Shown: positions 38,569 to 48,984, counted from the stretch's first letter. The stretch: DNA of 64,000 nt from Patescibacteria group bacterium (GCA_018818205.1 JAHISJ010000013.1:16661-80660); one strand, 5' to 3'. Numbers and translations are program-made. The notes: generated by a model from the sequence alone, not told the origin.

Positions 38569-40015
38569 ATTAAATAAAAGTGAATTTAAGTATTTCTTGT
38601 ATGCTTTCTTAGCCTCACTTTTGGCAAGGGGCGTAGTATTGTTTAATCTTTCTTACGCGATAGATGATTACTCATATATGTTTACCCATATTACTTTGGA
38701 TAGAAATTGTATATCTTTTGGTAGGTGGGGGCTTGGTATTGTTAATGATTTTTTCTTTTATTTAGGAATTGAGGGTCCATACGCTTTTCCTTTTGTTGCT
38801 ATATTATCTTTTCTAACTTTGGCTTATGTTAGTGTTTTAATATGTAGAATGTGGGACGTGAAGGGGTTTTGGGCTTGTATATTGGTTTCACTTTTTTTCA
38901 TTCTCCATCCATATCAGTCTGAAATTTATACCTTTAGGATAGCATCAATTTCCTTTTTCGTTGCGCTTTTGTTTGCATTTACCTCTTTTTATTTAGCGGG
39001 AGTTTTAAAAAGAAGGCTATTGTTCTTACCGATAATGCTATTTGTTTTTTCTTTGAGCGTATACCAAATAGTATTGAATTACGTTTTTGTAGTATATTTT
39101 TTCTCTTTAATAGTCTTCTTACTCTTTAAACAAAATGAGAGGAGGAATAGAGAGTCTTTATTCTCGCAATTTATTTTGCTTATAGGGGGTACTTTTGTCT
39201 ACTTCATAGTAAATAAGCTAATTTTATACTTAACTCAGATAGAAACTCCTAAGCGTGCAGAATTTGTGACTTTCGATCAAATTCCTGATCGAGTGAAAGA
39301 AATTTCCTTGTTGGTTTTTGGGATGTTTTATCAAGCTGAAAGTATTCTACCTTTTTTGACAAAAATATTATTACTTTTATTTCTTTTACTCTTTATTTTT
39401 TCTGTCTCTATTTTTTTACTAAAAAAGAAATTGTATTTAAAATTAGCACTTTTTATTTTTGTTTTCATTTTGGCTTATTTTTCAACAATAGGCGTCAATA
39501 TGATGAATGGTGTTTGGTGGCCAGCTCCTAGGGTTCTGGCTAGTGTCGGTATTTTCTGGGGAGGCATTTTGGCAATTACATATAAGCTTAAAATGAAACT
39601 AATTTTGAAGATTTCCTTGACTCTTTCAATAGTAGTTTTATTTAGTTTTGTAGGAGTCAACAATAAAGTTTTTGTTGATCAAATACGTATTAACAAGTTC
39701 GATTTTAGTTCAGCAATAAGAATTACTAGTTTACTTGAAAAACAGCCTAATTTTTCACCTTCTATGCCATTGTACATAGATGGGCGTATACAATATACTT
39801 ATTTACCAGTTACTATGATGTATGACATGAATGTATCTGCTTTATTACAGCCTTGGTCAAAAGTTTCTCTTCTTAATGAATCCGTTGGGTATAGTTTTTT
39901 ACAACCAAATCCAATGCAGGTTGATATAGGTAGAAAGGCATGTGAAGACGCTGCAAAATGGCCTAGCGAGAAATCTGTCTTTGTTGTTGAAGGGGTAGGT
40001 GTTGTTTGTCTATAA
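38549..40015 (+). CDS. GtrII-like GT-C membrane glycosyltransferase
   Basis: YAIDDY in first loop, GRWG, SVYQ, APR; about 11 TMs plus periplasmic tail. Confidence 0.75.
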   Translation: MIFQYLKLNKSEFKYFLYAFLASLLARGVVLFNLSYAIDDYSYMFTHITLDRNCISFGRWGLGIVNDFFFYLGIEGPYAFPFVAILSFLTLAYVSVLICRMWDVKGFWACILVSLFFILHPYQSEIYTFRIASISFFVALLFAFTSFYLAGVLKRRLLFLPIMLFVFSLSVYQIVLNYVFVVYFFSLIVFLLFKQNERRNRESLFSQFILLIGGTFVYFIVNKLILYLTQIETPKRAEFVTFDQIPDRVKEISLLVFGMFYQAESILPFLTKILLLLFLLLFIFSVSIFLLKKKLYLKLALFIFVFILAYFSTIGVNMMNGVWWPAPRVLASVGIFWGGILAITYKLKMKLILKISLTLSIVVLFSFVGVNNKVFVDQIRINKFDFSSAIRITSLLEKQPNFSPSMPLYIDGRIQYTYLPVTMMYDMNVSALLQPWSKVSLLNESVGYSFLQPNPMQVDIGRKACEDAAKWPSEKSVFVVEGVGVVCL

Positions 40016-40040
40016 AAAAAGAACGCATAAGGCTGCGTTC
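40014..40040 (-). terminator. intrinsic terminator of the minus-strand gene
   Basis: A7 then GAACGCA-taaggc-TGCGTTC. Confidence 0.65.
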
Positions 40041-40055
40041 ATAAATAATTAAGAT

Positions 40056-41936
40056 TTACTTTGCTTGAAGTGAGTATGCAATGCTAATTTCCTTATCACT
40101 TAATGCTCTGCTAATGTAAGCAATCTTTGCATAGCGAGCTTTCATGTGATAATCGGTATAGACTCCTGTTAGAGGGTTCCAAGAAATGAACATGTACGAG
40201 GAAGAGGTAGCTGCACTACATGTAATATTGGTGGATGTTCCATCAAGTTTGCCATCAATGTAGAACTTTACGGTCGATGCTGCCTTGTTGTATACATATG
40301 TAAGGTGCACATATTTGTTGATTACAAGCGAGGTTTTTGGGCTTCTATCCATACCTGTCCCACAGTACCCAACATATTTGTTTGCCCAATGACTAAGGCT
40401 TAGTGATGTTCCAGGTGATCTAATAATAAATGACGCACCATAGCTAGGAGTTGTTGTTATTTGTGCATAAACCATGACAGTGAAGGATTCAACAGAAGTT
40501 GTCTGAAGTGTTCCTACATTTGTGATAACAGCATATCCTTTGATAGAGGTATCAAAATATGTTTTGGCCCCAAGGGTCACTACACGGCCACCGTTTTTGA
40601 TTCCCGCGTGCCTTCCTTTACCGGAGACATCTGGAATTTTGATGTTGTCGTTTTTTTGTGGTACTAACAAGAATTCGAGGGCAGAGCAATTAGATTCATC
40701 TGTTTGACCATCGCAGTTATCGTCGATGTTGTTGCTACAGACTTCAACACCGTAACTACCGCCGCAACATCTACCATGCAGGCATAGCTGTCCCAACGTA
40801 CACTGTGTGCCGCATTTTCCACAGTTATTCTTGTCTACTTGGAGGTTAAACCCATTATCAACAACTCCATCACAATCATTATCCTTCCCATCACAGATCT
40901 CTTTTGAGGAGGGCATAGGTGTACAGGTCTGAGCTACGCCACCAACACATTTCTGAACCGTATTGGAGCACTCTCCAACACCACATGCTAACGTTCCAAG
41001 ATTCTCATCAATTTGGCCGTTGCAGTTGTTGTCTTTGCCATCGCAGACTTCCGTAGAAGGCTGTTTTGGCACACAACTTTGCGGTTTTCCGCTTGAGCAG
41101 TTGTTAACTTCAACAAAGCACTCTCCAACACCACAAGAACTTTTCCCTAAATCTTCATCAATCGCACCATCACAGTCGTTATCAAGACCGTCACAAGTCT
41201 CAGGCTTTGGTTCAACGAGGCCTATACAAGGTCCCCATGATCCATCAGATAAGCACGTTTGCCTTCCTCTCTTACAAAGTCCTTTAAGCGGTACTGTTCC
41301 ACAATCTAGGGTATTTCCTGCTGTACAACAAGGGATACCATCATCAATCTGACCGTTGCAGTCGTTGTCAAGTCTGTCGCAGGTCTCCTTAGCAGGTTGA
41401 TTCTTTTGAATGCAAATTAGTTTACCGGATGCACAAGTATATGAACCTTCAGTACAAATTCCCGGTTTTCCTGTTACACAAGGCTTACCAAATAATTTCT
41501 TGTATTTATCACAGGGATCAATTTTTTCAGATTCAGGGAGAATCTCTGGAGAAACCTTTTCTTCAGATGATGTAGATTCTTCGTGAACAAAACGTTCTTC
41601 TTGAATGGTGCGTTCAGGTTCCCGAGGGATTTCCTCAGGAAGTTCTCCTGCATCATTTAACTCAGCAGTGTATTCATCAATACGCTGTTCATTAATATCT
41701 TCACCAAATTCATGATCAATTAACTGTTCTTTTGTGTCAACAAGAATTTTTTCTTTGTCACCACCTGTTTCAATTTTATCTTTGGGGATACAATATTCAC
41801 CACTTCGGCAGTAATGGTTTGCTGGGCAATCACTATCAACGTCACATTCGAGCATACCTGAGGGGTTTGAACAATTCAGTGTAAAAATAGCAGAAAAAAG
41901 AAAAATTACATACAAAAACTTCGGCATTTTTGTCAT
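40056..41936 (-). CDS. Cys-rich lipoprotein with MopE-like metal-binding repeats and C-terminal LamG-like domain
   Basis: AGGAGGA SD at 41947-41941; signal ending ..FTLNC; five ExCDGxDNDCDGxxDE-type repeats; DKNNCGKCGTQC unit; HLTYVYN...FYIDG...RALS. Confidence 0.82.
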   Translation of the reverse strand: MTKMPKFLYVIFLFSAIFTLNCSNPSGMLECDVDSDCPANHYCRSGEYCIPKDKIETGGDKEKILVDTKEQLIDHEFGEDINEQRIDEYTAELNDAGELPEEIPREPERTIQEERFVHEESTSSEEKVSPEILPESEKIDPCDKYKKLFGKPCVTGKPGICTEGSYTCASGKLICIQKNQPAKETCDRLDNDCNGQIDDGIPCCTAGNTLDCGTVPLKGLCKRGRQTCLSDGSWGPCIGLVEPKPETCDGLDNDCDGAIDEDLGKSSCGVGECFVEVNNCSSGKPQSCVPKQPSTEVCDGKDNNCNGQIDENLGTLACGVGECSNTVQKCVGGVAQTCTPMPSSKEICDGKDNDCDGVVDNGFNLQVDKNNCGKCGTQCTLGQLCLHGRCCGGSYGVEVCSNNIDDNCDGQTDESNCSALEFLLVPQKNDNIKIPDVSGKGRHAGIKNGGRVVTLGAKTYFDTSIKGYAVITNVGTLQTTSVESFTVMVYAQITTTPSYGASFIIRSPGTSLSLSHWANKYVGYCGTGMDRSPKTSLVINKYVHLTYVYNKAASTVKFYIDGKLDGTSTNITCSAATSSSYMFISWNPLTGVYTDYHMKARYAKIAYISRALSDKEISIAYSLQAK

Positions 41937-41981
41937 AATCTCCTCCTCTTGAGGTGTAAAAGGGTTCAAAGTTTGCGCTTT

Positions 41982-42010
41982 ATTATGGAACGTTTTGCCG
42001 AAAAAAGCAA
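41982..42010 (-). promoter_or_regulatory. putative sigma70 promoter
   Basis: Minus strand TTGCTT (42010-42005), 17-bp spacer, CATAAT (41987-41982). Confidence 0.5.
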
Positions 42011-42455
42011 GTCCTTTTGGTAATGTGCACACACATATGGCGGTTTTTTGACAGGGTCCAGGAAGTTGAATACAATCTCTACTAATGTACAAGAAGAGCA
42101 CTATCGATGGATAGCACTCATTATGGTGGAAAAGATATCCATAGCATTGATTGCAGGGATTTCTCCTTTCCCTGATAGAACCATTAGGTATTGGCTTCCT
42201 CGGTTGGCATTGTAAACCTTGTAAGTATGTCTAGAAGACCAAAATCATATTCTTGTGAAACACTAATATGTGTCCAAAATTATCAAGGAGAAGAGAATAA
42301 GATGAAAAACTGCTAATTTTTTTTATCAAATAGATTGTTTTACATGATTATTTCTAAGGCACTGGAGTTTAAGCCCATAACGTTATCTATTTGAACGGAT
42401 GCGTATATCTGCTATTCTTGATTTATTAGTAGTAAAAATTTTGTCAGTGAAAAAA

Positions 42456-45400
42456 ATGAAGAGAGTTGGAAAAGTAAAAAAAGTTGTCATATTTTTTGTT
42501 TTAATGGCGATCTGTACGCTTATCTTGTTACCAAGTCTTATTTCTTTGTCAGAGAATGAAATTTTTGGTGTAGAAGGTGACGCCTATCAAGTATACTCTA
42601 CAACCTTTTACAAAGATGCAATAAAAGGAGATTCAATTTTTGAAAAGATTTTTGGTTATAAAAAAGGCATTGATGTTCCTCTTGACTTACTCAGTTTACA
42701 CACATATCGATATATGTCATTTAAGCTTATAGGTAATCCTCTTGGCTTTAATCTAGTGTGGATCGCTTCTTTCTATTTAACTATCGTTGCTGGTTATCTT
42801 CTTATTAAAGTTTTTACCAAATCAGATTTAGCGGCAATAATTGGCGGGACATTAATAACTTTTGTCCCAACACATTTTGCATTTGGTTTGGGTTTTGGAG
42901 GTGCGACGCATATTGAATTTATTGTTTTTTTTCTGTATTTTTTCTTTTCTTTTTTTCAAAAACCAAAAATTTGGAAATTTATTGGAACTCTTGTAAGTTT
43001 AGCCATAATGGTGGCCAACGAACATCATTTTGCATTTTTTTCAATTATTTTTGTCCTAGTATATCTGTGTTATCTATGCATAGCAAAGAGAGATATTTTA
43101 AAAAAAGTTGCAACAACGAACTATGTAATAGCTTCTTGCATATTTTTCTTGGTTAGTTGTATCTATTTAGTCATATTCTATATCAATTTAGATAAAGTAG
43201 CTGAATTACAACTAGGAATAGAGGAAACAGTAAGCCGGTCCGTTGATGTTCTTGGCTTTTTTGTTCCTTACCAATTTCATCCTATTTGGGGAGATTTCTT
43301 TTCTAGAGGGATAACAAGTAAATTTATCACTCCCGTTTCGGAAACGACAGCGTATCTTGGGTTTGTATCGATTTTTTTGATTATAATCTTTTTTGTGAAA
43401 AGCAAAAAGAAATTTGATTATAATCAAAAAGCCTTATTCTTGATTGGCTTTATTTTTTTATGCATAGCCTTAGGGCCGTTATTACATCTAAATGGCTTAT
43501 TTAACCCTCAAATTCGACTTCCATATTATCTGGTGTACTCATTTTTACCAATATTTTCATCAATGAGAGCTGTCGGAAGAGCGGTAATTTACTTAGAAAT
43601 TATAGCTTTTATTTTTGCATCAACTGGTTTTGCTTTACTTATTAAAAAAAAGTCAATCAAGAAACAGTTTTTTTATGCCGGAGCAGTAATTATTCTTATC
43701 GCTATAGAATTTCTAGCTATCTCTCCGACAGTTTCCACAAACTATCCCGATTTCTATAACAAGATTGCCAACGAAGAAGGTAATTTCAAAATATTGCAAA
43801 TTCTAAACTCAACTAGTTATGCATATGCTTCAAGGGCGCTCTATTTCAATTCTCATCATAATAAAACAGCTGTTGGTGGATACACTTTTGCACGCCCGGT
43901 ACCGGGTATGTTTCAAATGGAGACTGGCACCCCGGTAATCGAGGACTTACTCTATCGAATACCGAAAGGTGAAGGTATTGACCCCTCGTTGGTATATGAT
44001 CCAAAAGAAGTATCAAATCTCGTTCTTAATTACAATAATATTAAATATATTGTGCAAGAAAAAGAATATATTTCAAACAAGAATGTTGGTCCAGAGCATC
44101 AATTGACGCCCGAAAAGTTTTCAGAAATAAAAGAGTATATAACTTCAAATATTAAAGGTGAGGTTGTGCAAGATGACAATGAAATATATGTTTTTAAGGT
44201 TAAAGAAATAAATAATCAAGATATGTTTGTTTCAAGAGGAATAGGCTTTAAAGAAGTTCCAGAAAAACATACTACTAAGCTTTATAAAGAAGATGGCTAT
44301 TTTTACGTTAATAATCCTTCTGATCACGTCCGGAAGGGATATTTGACTTTTAAGGCTTCTGCACGGGGTGAAAGTAGGAAACTATCGGTGTCATTTAACG
44401 AGAATGATTTTCAAGATGTTGAACTGGGGAAAACAGAAAATATCTTTTCTCTCGAGCTCGGTAACATTTTACCGGGACAAAATCGAGTGAAATTTATTTC
44501 TCCTAGTTACAATGAATCTGAGATCGAATTGTCTGATTTTATAATTTTTGAAGATCTTGTCAATAATCATGGTTTACTATCCAATCAATCAATCAATGAT
44601 ACTCTTGAGTTTCCACCTACTATTAGGAGTAAAGAAGGAAGTAATCAGTATCCAAAATCCCTTTTAAACAGCGATTGTATTTCAAGTGGTGTCGCATGTT
44701 CACTGTTGCCGAAAAATTTTTCAGAAAAAAAAGGGATTCTTTCAGATTTCCAGTATGGAGTTAATTATGCAAAATTTTTACAAAACAAAGGTATAAATCG
44801 TATTGTAATTCATAAAGATCGTTTAACATTACAGGATCTTTTTTACGCTCAATATTTTTTCACTTTCCATTTGAAAAATTATGAGTTGATTAATGAAGAC
44901 AACAATACATTACTTTACGTGAAAGATGTAGATGCTCCTTCACTTGATACTAGTGTTTTTGTAGATTTTTCTGAGAGTTTAGAGGGAAGTGAATCAAAAA
45001 GTTTGTTAGATCACCGTAAGCTTTTGGATACTAATTCATTGATTCGTTTGAGTTCAGAAAAACAAATAGCTGGAAATTTGAATGTTGATTTATTCCTTGA
45101 CACAATTAGCACTAAAAAGTATCAAATTGAAGTAGCAGATGAACAGGGCAAGATTTTAGAGAACGTGCTAATTGAGCCGAATAAACCAATAAATTTGAGT
45201 TTTGCCGTGAATAGTTCAGAGCTTATTAGGTTCAATATTTTAGAGGAAGATAGATCTCCAGTAGAAACTGTTCCGCCGGTATATATTTCTAACATGTGGT
45301 TTGATGATTCTGAGGGAATATATAACTACTTTGATAGTAAAACGTTGGAGGATAACAAGTATAATGATCTCGTGGCTTTTAAAAACTTTGCAGGCGATAT

Positions 45401-45845
45401 CTCAGACTTGTCTGTTGTAACAGAGTCTATAGGAAGAGAGTCTAAATACATTCTTTTTAGAGATCCGACAAAACAGGTAAGTTTTGAAACAGAGGTCAGA
45501 ATTAATGATTGGATCGGCTCAACCATAGGTATTGGCTTTGTTAAGGATTACGGTGAAGTAAAAGACACTATTTCTACTGGTGTTTTGAGCATGCAATGTT
45601 CCGGTGTGAGGACATGCTCATTTGCTGGTAAACAATTTTCATTAAAACAACCACTCACGGACAACGGAAAATTGAACTTTAGTTTTAACGATGGCAAGGT
45701 TGTTATTAAGCAAGACGGCGAGAAAGTTTTTGAAGATAGGATTGAAATTGAAGCAGTCTATGGTATAGTGTTTGGTAGTTTTAACAACACGGATAATTTA
45801 AAGATTGATTTTGATTTACTTCATTTTAGCCTATTTTTCCCATGA
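42456..45845 (+). CDS. large GT-C-like (YfhO-like) membrane protein with long extracytoplasmic C-terminus
   Basis: EGDAYQ in first loop, about 12 TMs, AYLG, ALGP, MRAVGR, then about 700 soluble residues. Confidence 0.72.
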   Translation: MKRVGKVKKVVIFFVLMAICTLILLPSLISLSENEIFGVEGDAYQVYSTTFYKDAIKGDSIFEKIFGYKKGIDVPLDLLSLHTYRYMSFKLIGNPLGFNLVWIASFYLTIVAGYLLIKVFTKSDLAAIIGGTLITFVPTHFAFGLGFGGATHIEFIVFFLYFFFSFFQKPKIWKFIGTLVSLAIMVANEHHFAFFSIIFVLVYLCYLCIAKRDILKKVATTNYVIASCIFFLVSCIYLVIFYINLDKVAELQLGIEETVSRSVDVLGFFVPYQFHPIWGDFFSRGITSKFITPVSETTAYLGFVSIFLIIIFFVKSKKKFDYNQKALFLIGFIFLCIALGPLLHLNGLFNPQIRLPYYLVYSFLPIFSSMRAVGRAVIYLEIIAFIFASTGFALLIKKKSIKKQFFYAGAVIILIAIEFLAISPTVSTNYPDFYNKIANEEGNFKILQILNSTSYAYASRALYFNSHHNKTAVGGYTFARPVPGMFQMETGTPVIEDLLYRIPKGEGIDPSLVYDPKEVSNLVLNYNNIKYIVQEKEYISNKNVGPEHQLTPEKFSEIKEYITSNIKGEVVQDDNEIYVFKVKEINNQDMFVSRGIGFKEVPEKHTTKLYKEDGYFYVNNPSDHVRKGYLTFKASARGESRKLSVSFNENDFQDVELGKTENIFSLELGNILPGQNRVKFISPSYNESEIELSDFIIFEDLVNNHGLLSNQSINDTLEFPPTIRSKEGSNQYPKSLLNSDCISSGVACSLLPKNFSEKKGILSDFQYGVNYAKFLQNKGINRIVIHKDRLTLQDLFYAQYFFTFHLKNYELINEDNNTLLYVKDVDAPSLDTSVFVDFSESLEGSESKSLLDHRKLLDTNSLIRLSSEKQIAGNLNVDLFLDTISTKKYQIEVADEQGKILENVLIEPNKPINLSFAVNSSELIRFNILEEDRSPVETVPPVYISNMWFDDSEGIYNYFDSKTLEDNKYNDLVAFKNFAGDISDLSVVTESIGRESKYILFRDPTKQVSFETEVRINDWIGSTIGIGFVKDYGEVKDTISTGVLSMQCSGVRTCSFAGKQFSLKQPLTDNGKLNFSFNDGKVVIKQDGEKVFEDRIEIEAVYGIVFGSFNNTDNLKIDFDLLHFSLFFP

Positions 45846-46513
45846 AGGAAAAAGTTTGTCTAGTAATCCCTGCTTATAATGAAGTAGGATCTCTTGAAGG
45901 AGTCGTAAAGGAGGCGTCTCGCTATTCTGATACAATAATTGTCGTAGATGACGGTTCACGTGATAAAACAGGGGATTTTTGTATAGAAAAAAATGAAAAG
46001 GACGTATATTTTCTTAGACATGTTGTCAATTTAGGTAAAGGGGCTGCCATGAGGACGGGAGCTATTTTTGCACAAAACCTCAAGTGTGATTTTTTGGTCT
46101 TTATGGATGCCGATGGACAACATGATCCTCAAGACATCAAAAAGTTGGTGGATTGTGTAAAAGAGAAAAAAGGACTGGCCATTGGTAAGCGTGAAAAAAA
46201 TAAAAATATGCCCTTAGCTATGAAAGTAGGGAATTTTTCACTTTCTTTACTGATAAAGACTCTTTTTAAACTTTCAGTTGAAGATACACAGTCGGGTTTT
46301 AGAGCAATAAGATTAGAGGATTTGGATAAGATTCTCTGGACTAGTTGTGATTATAATGTAGAAACGGAAATGCTTATCAAAGCTAAAAAGAATCAAATAT
46401 CGATATTTGAGGTTCCAATAAAAACAGTATATAATGATAAATATAAGGGAACGACATTTATTGATGGAATTAAAATTTTTTTACAACTTTTAAAACTTAG
46501 ATTTTATGATTAA
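45842..46513 (+). CDS. polyprenol-phosphate sugar synthase (DPM1/PpgS/GacI-like GT2)
   Basis: PAYNE, VDDGSRD, NLGKGAA, MDADGQH, DTQSGFRA; no C-terminal TMs. Confidence 0.9.
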   Translation: MKEKVCLVIPAYNEVGSLEGVVKEASRYSDTIIVVDDGSRDKTGDFCIEKNEKDVYFLRHVVNLGKGAAMRTGAIFAQNLKCDFLVFMDADGQHDPQDIKKLVDCVKEKKGLAIGKREKNKNMPLAMKVGNFSLSLLIKTLFKLSVEDTQSGFRAIRLEDLDKILWTSCDYNVETEMLIKAKKNQISIFEVPIKTVYNDKYKGTTFIDGIKIFLQLLKLRFYD

Positions 46514-46841
46514 TGGAGTAGCAACACTAGGTGTGTTTTTTGGCTTGTTTATGGGTTATTATACCTTTGTTAAGTATAAAAGAAAGGAAATTAGTTCGTG
46601 GCAAGCTTTAGGCTGGGAAGTAATATGGACTGGTATTATTGTTGTGGTATTGATTCCGGGTCAAATTAGTAATTTTCTTGATAAGGTTAAGATTGCGCGT
46701 GCTCTCGATCTTTTTTTAGTTTTAGGGATGATTTTTTTGCTCGCAGTGTCTTTCTATCTATTTGTAAACATAAATAAGCAAAAGAGGAAACATGAGGAGC
46801 TCGTGCAAATTTTAGCTATAAAGAAAGCCGAGAAGAGATGA
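46506..46841 (+). CDS. DUF2304-like small membrane protein (GacJ/Rv3632-like)
   Basis: Three TMs, LGW..IW, LVQILAI tail; overlaps the GT2 stop. Confidence 0.75.
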   Translation: MINGVATLGVFFGLFMGYYTFVKYKRKEISSWQALGWEVIWTGIIVVVLIPGQISNFLDKVKIARALDLFLVLGMIFLLAVSFYLFVNINKQKRKHEELVQILAIKKAEKR

Positions 46842-47965
46842 GGATTCTTTTTGTTTTAGAATATTATTATCCTAATGTGGGTGGCGTGGAGACGTTGTTT
46901 AAGAATCTCGCCGAAGGTTTAGCTAAGGAAGGACATCATGTTTGTGTGGTAACAAGTAAAATTCAAGCGTCTCCGTTTCGTGAAAAAGTTAACGGAGTAG
47001 AAATAGTTCGAGTGTTTTGTCCTAATATTTTTGATCGACGATACTGGTTTACATTTACTGCTATTCCAAAGGTGTTAGTTTTAGCTAGAAAGTATGATAT
47101 TGTGCACACAACTACCTATAATGCGATAATTCCAGCAAAAATTGCTAGTGTACTACTAGGGAAACCAATAGTGTTAACAGTTCTTGAGGTGATGGATCAT
47201 TTATTCTATAAAATAAACTTATCTAAAGTTTCTGCGTTTTTTCACTGGTGTTTTGAGAGGTTAGTTCTAAGATTTTATTATAGTAAAATTATTGCAATTT
47301 CTGATTTTACCAAGAGTAGGGTAGTAGATTTAGTACAGAAAAAAATGAGGGGTAATGTTGTTAGAGTCTATCATGGATTAGATTATAATAATTTTTGTTT
47401 TGAAAATATTAGAAAGCGAAACCTGAAAAAAGAATTAGGGCTTGATGATCGTTTTGTGTTCTTGTACTTTGGCAGACCTGGTTTTTTAAAGGGCGTAGAT
47501 ATGTTGGTTGATTCGTTTAACCTCTTAAGTAAGACTCACAAAGATGTTTTTTTGTTGCTAATTCTTTCTAAAAAGCCTTTAAAGCAATATAAGAGTATAC
47601 AAAATAAAGTTAATGTATCTGAAAATAAATCTATAAAAATAATTGATTCTGTACCTTATAGTGATCTTCCGTCTTATATACATATGGCGGACAGAGTGGT
47701 TATTCCATCAATTTCAGAAGGGTTTGGATATACTGCGGCAGAAGCATGCACGTTAAAAAAACCAGTAATCGTAAATATCAAAGAGACATCGTTAGGTGAA
47801 GTAGTGGGCGGTGCATACACTCAGGTCATACAAGCAGATATAGATTCACTTTTTGACGCTCTTTTGAAGTCTTGCAGGGGAGAATTTGAGTATGCTGTCC
47901 CAAAACGTTTTGAATGGAAGGATACTATTTTGACGACAATTAAGTTGTATAAGGAAATCATTTGA
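46838..47965 (+). CDS. GT4 glycosyltransferase
   Basis: YYPNVGGVE, YFGRPGFLKG, PSISEGFG. Confidence 0.9.
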   Translation: MRILFVLEYYYPNVGGVETLFKNLAEGLAKEGHHVCVVTSKIQASPFREKVNGVEIVRVFCPNIFDRRYWFTFTAIPKVLVLARKYDIVHTTTYNAIIPAKIASVLLGKPIVLTVLEVMDHLFYKINLSKVSAFFHWCFERLVLRFYYSKIIAISDFTKSRVVDLVQKKMRGNVVRVYHGLDYNNFCFENIRKRNLKKELGLDDRFVFLYFGRPGFLKGVDMLVDSFNLLSKTHKDVFLLLILSKKPLKQYKSIQNKVNVSENKSIKIIDSVPYSDLPSYIHMADRVVIPSISEGFGYTAAEACTLKKPVIVNIKETSLGEVVGGAYTQVIQADIDSLFDALLKSCRGEFEYAVPKRFEWKDTILTTIKLYKEII

Positions 47966-48984
47966 TGAAGATTGCTATTCTTACACCTACTTTATATAAA
48001 TATAGCGGTATAGATAGGGTTGCATATAAGCAAGCTAAAGAATTTGCTGCTCAAGGGAATACTGTAAAATTTATTACTTTTAAATCTGAGATTGAGAGTC
48101 ATGGAAGGAATATTGAAGTAATTGAACTTGGTATGCCGTCCTCGTCTTTTTTTGAACGAGTGTATCGATTATTCTTTTTTTTAGATTATTTCAAAGTAAT
48201 TACCGCAAAAAAAGCAATACACGACTGTCAGAAAATTATTTGTCACTCATATCCTATGAGTGTAATTGCTTGTAAGGTAAAAAAAGAGAGACCACAGATA
48301 AAATATATTTATTATAATCATGGAGTGGCAGAACCTAGCGCATTTGAATCTATAATTGAAAAGGTGTATTTGCGTATTTTTGGTAAACTATCTAACCATT
48401 TTCTCAAAAATGCTGATGAAGTTATTTGTATTAGCAAATATTTACAAAACGTTCTTGAAAATGAAACTGGTATTGGGAGCAAGGTTGTATATAATGAGCT
48501 AGTTCTAGATCATAGTATTAAACCTAAAACAAAAATAAAGAGTAAGTTTGGTATTGGAGAAGACCGTTTTATTCTATTCGTAGGGAGAGTTTCTCCTCAT
48601 AAAGGTGTGCATTTGCTCATTAAGGCATTTAAGTTGGTTCAAGAGAAGGACAAAGATCTTAAATTAGTAATAGTTGGAAAAAATACCTTTGGGAAATATG
48701 CTAAACGGCTTAAAGATATAGCGGCTGATAATGTTATCATTACAGGTTCCGTTTCAGACGAAGAACTTATAGATTTTTATAGGCATTGTAGTTTGTATGC
48801 TACTGCATCACTTTGGGAAGGTTTTGATTTGCCAATTATTGAAGCTCAAAAAGAAGTTAAGCCTATTGTTGCCTTTGATATAGGACCACATTTTGAAATA
48901 GCAGATAAAAATACAATGCTCGTTGAAAAAGGCGATGTACAAGCTTTTGCTCTCGCAATAAATAAAGCACTCAATGAAGAGTAG
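47962..48984 (+). CDS. GT4 glycosyltransferase
   Basis: VGRVSPHKG, SLWEGFDLPIIEA. Confidence 0.9.
   Translation: MMKIAILTPTLYKYSGIDRVAYKQAKEFAAQGNTVKFITFKSEIESHGRNIEVIELGMPSSSFFERVYRLFFFLDYFKVITAKKAIHDCQKIICHSYPMSVIACKVKKERPQIKYIYYNHGVAEPSAFESIIEKVYLRIFGKLSNHFLKNADEVICISKYLQNVLENETGIGSKVVYNELVLDHSIKPKTKIKSKFGIGEDRFILFVGRVSPHKGVHLLIKAFKLVQEKDKDLKLVIVGKNTFGKYAKRLKDIAADNVIITGSVSDEELIDFYRHCSLYATASLWEGFDLPIIEAQKEVKPIVAFDIGPHFEIADKNTMLVEKGDVQAFALAINKALNEE

Noticed and set aside
41937-42101. Track start at 42101 for the Cys-rich protein
   Set aside because: The SD, signal peptide and promoter all point to ATG 41936.
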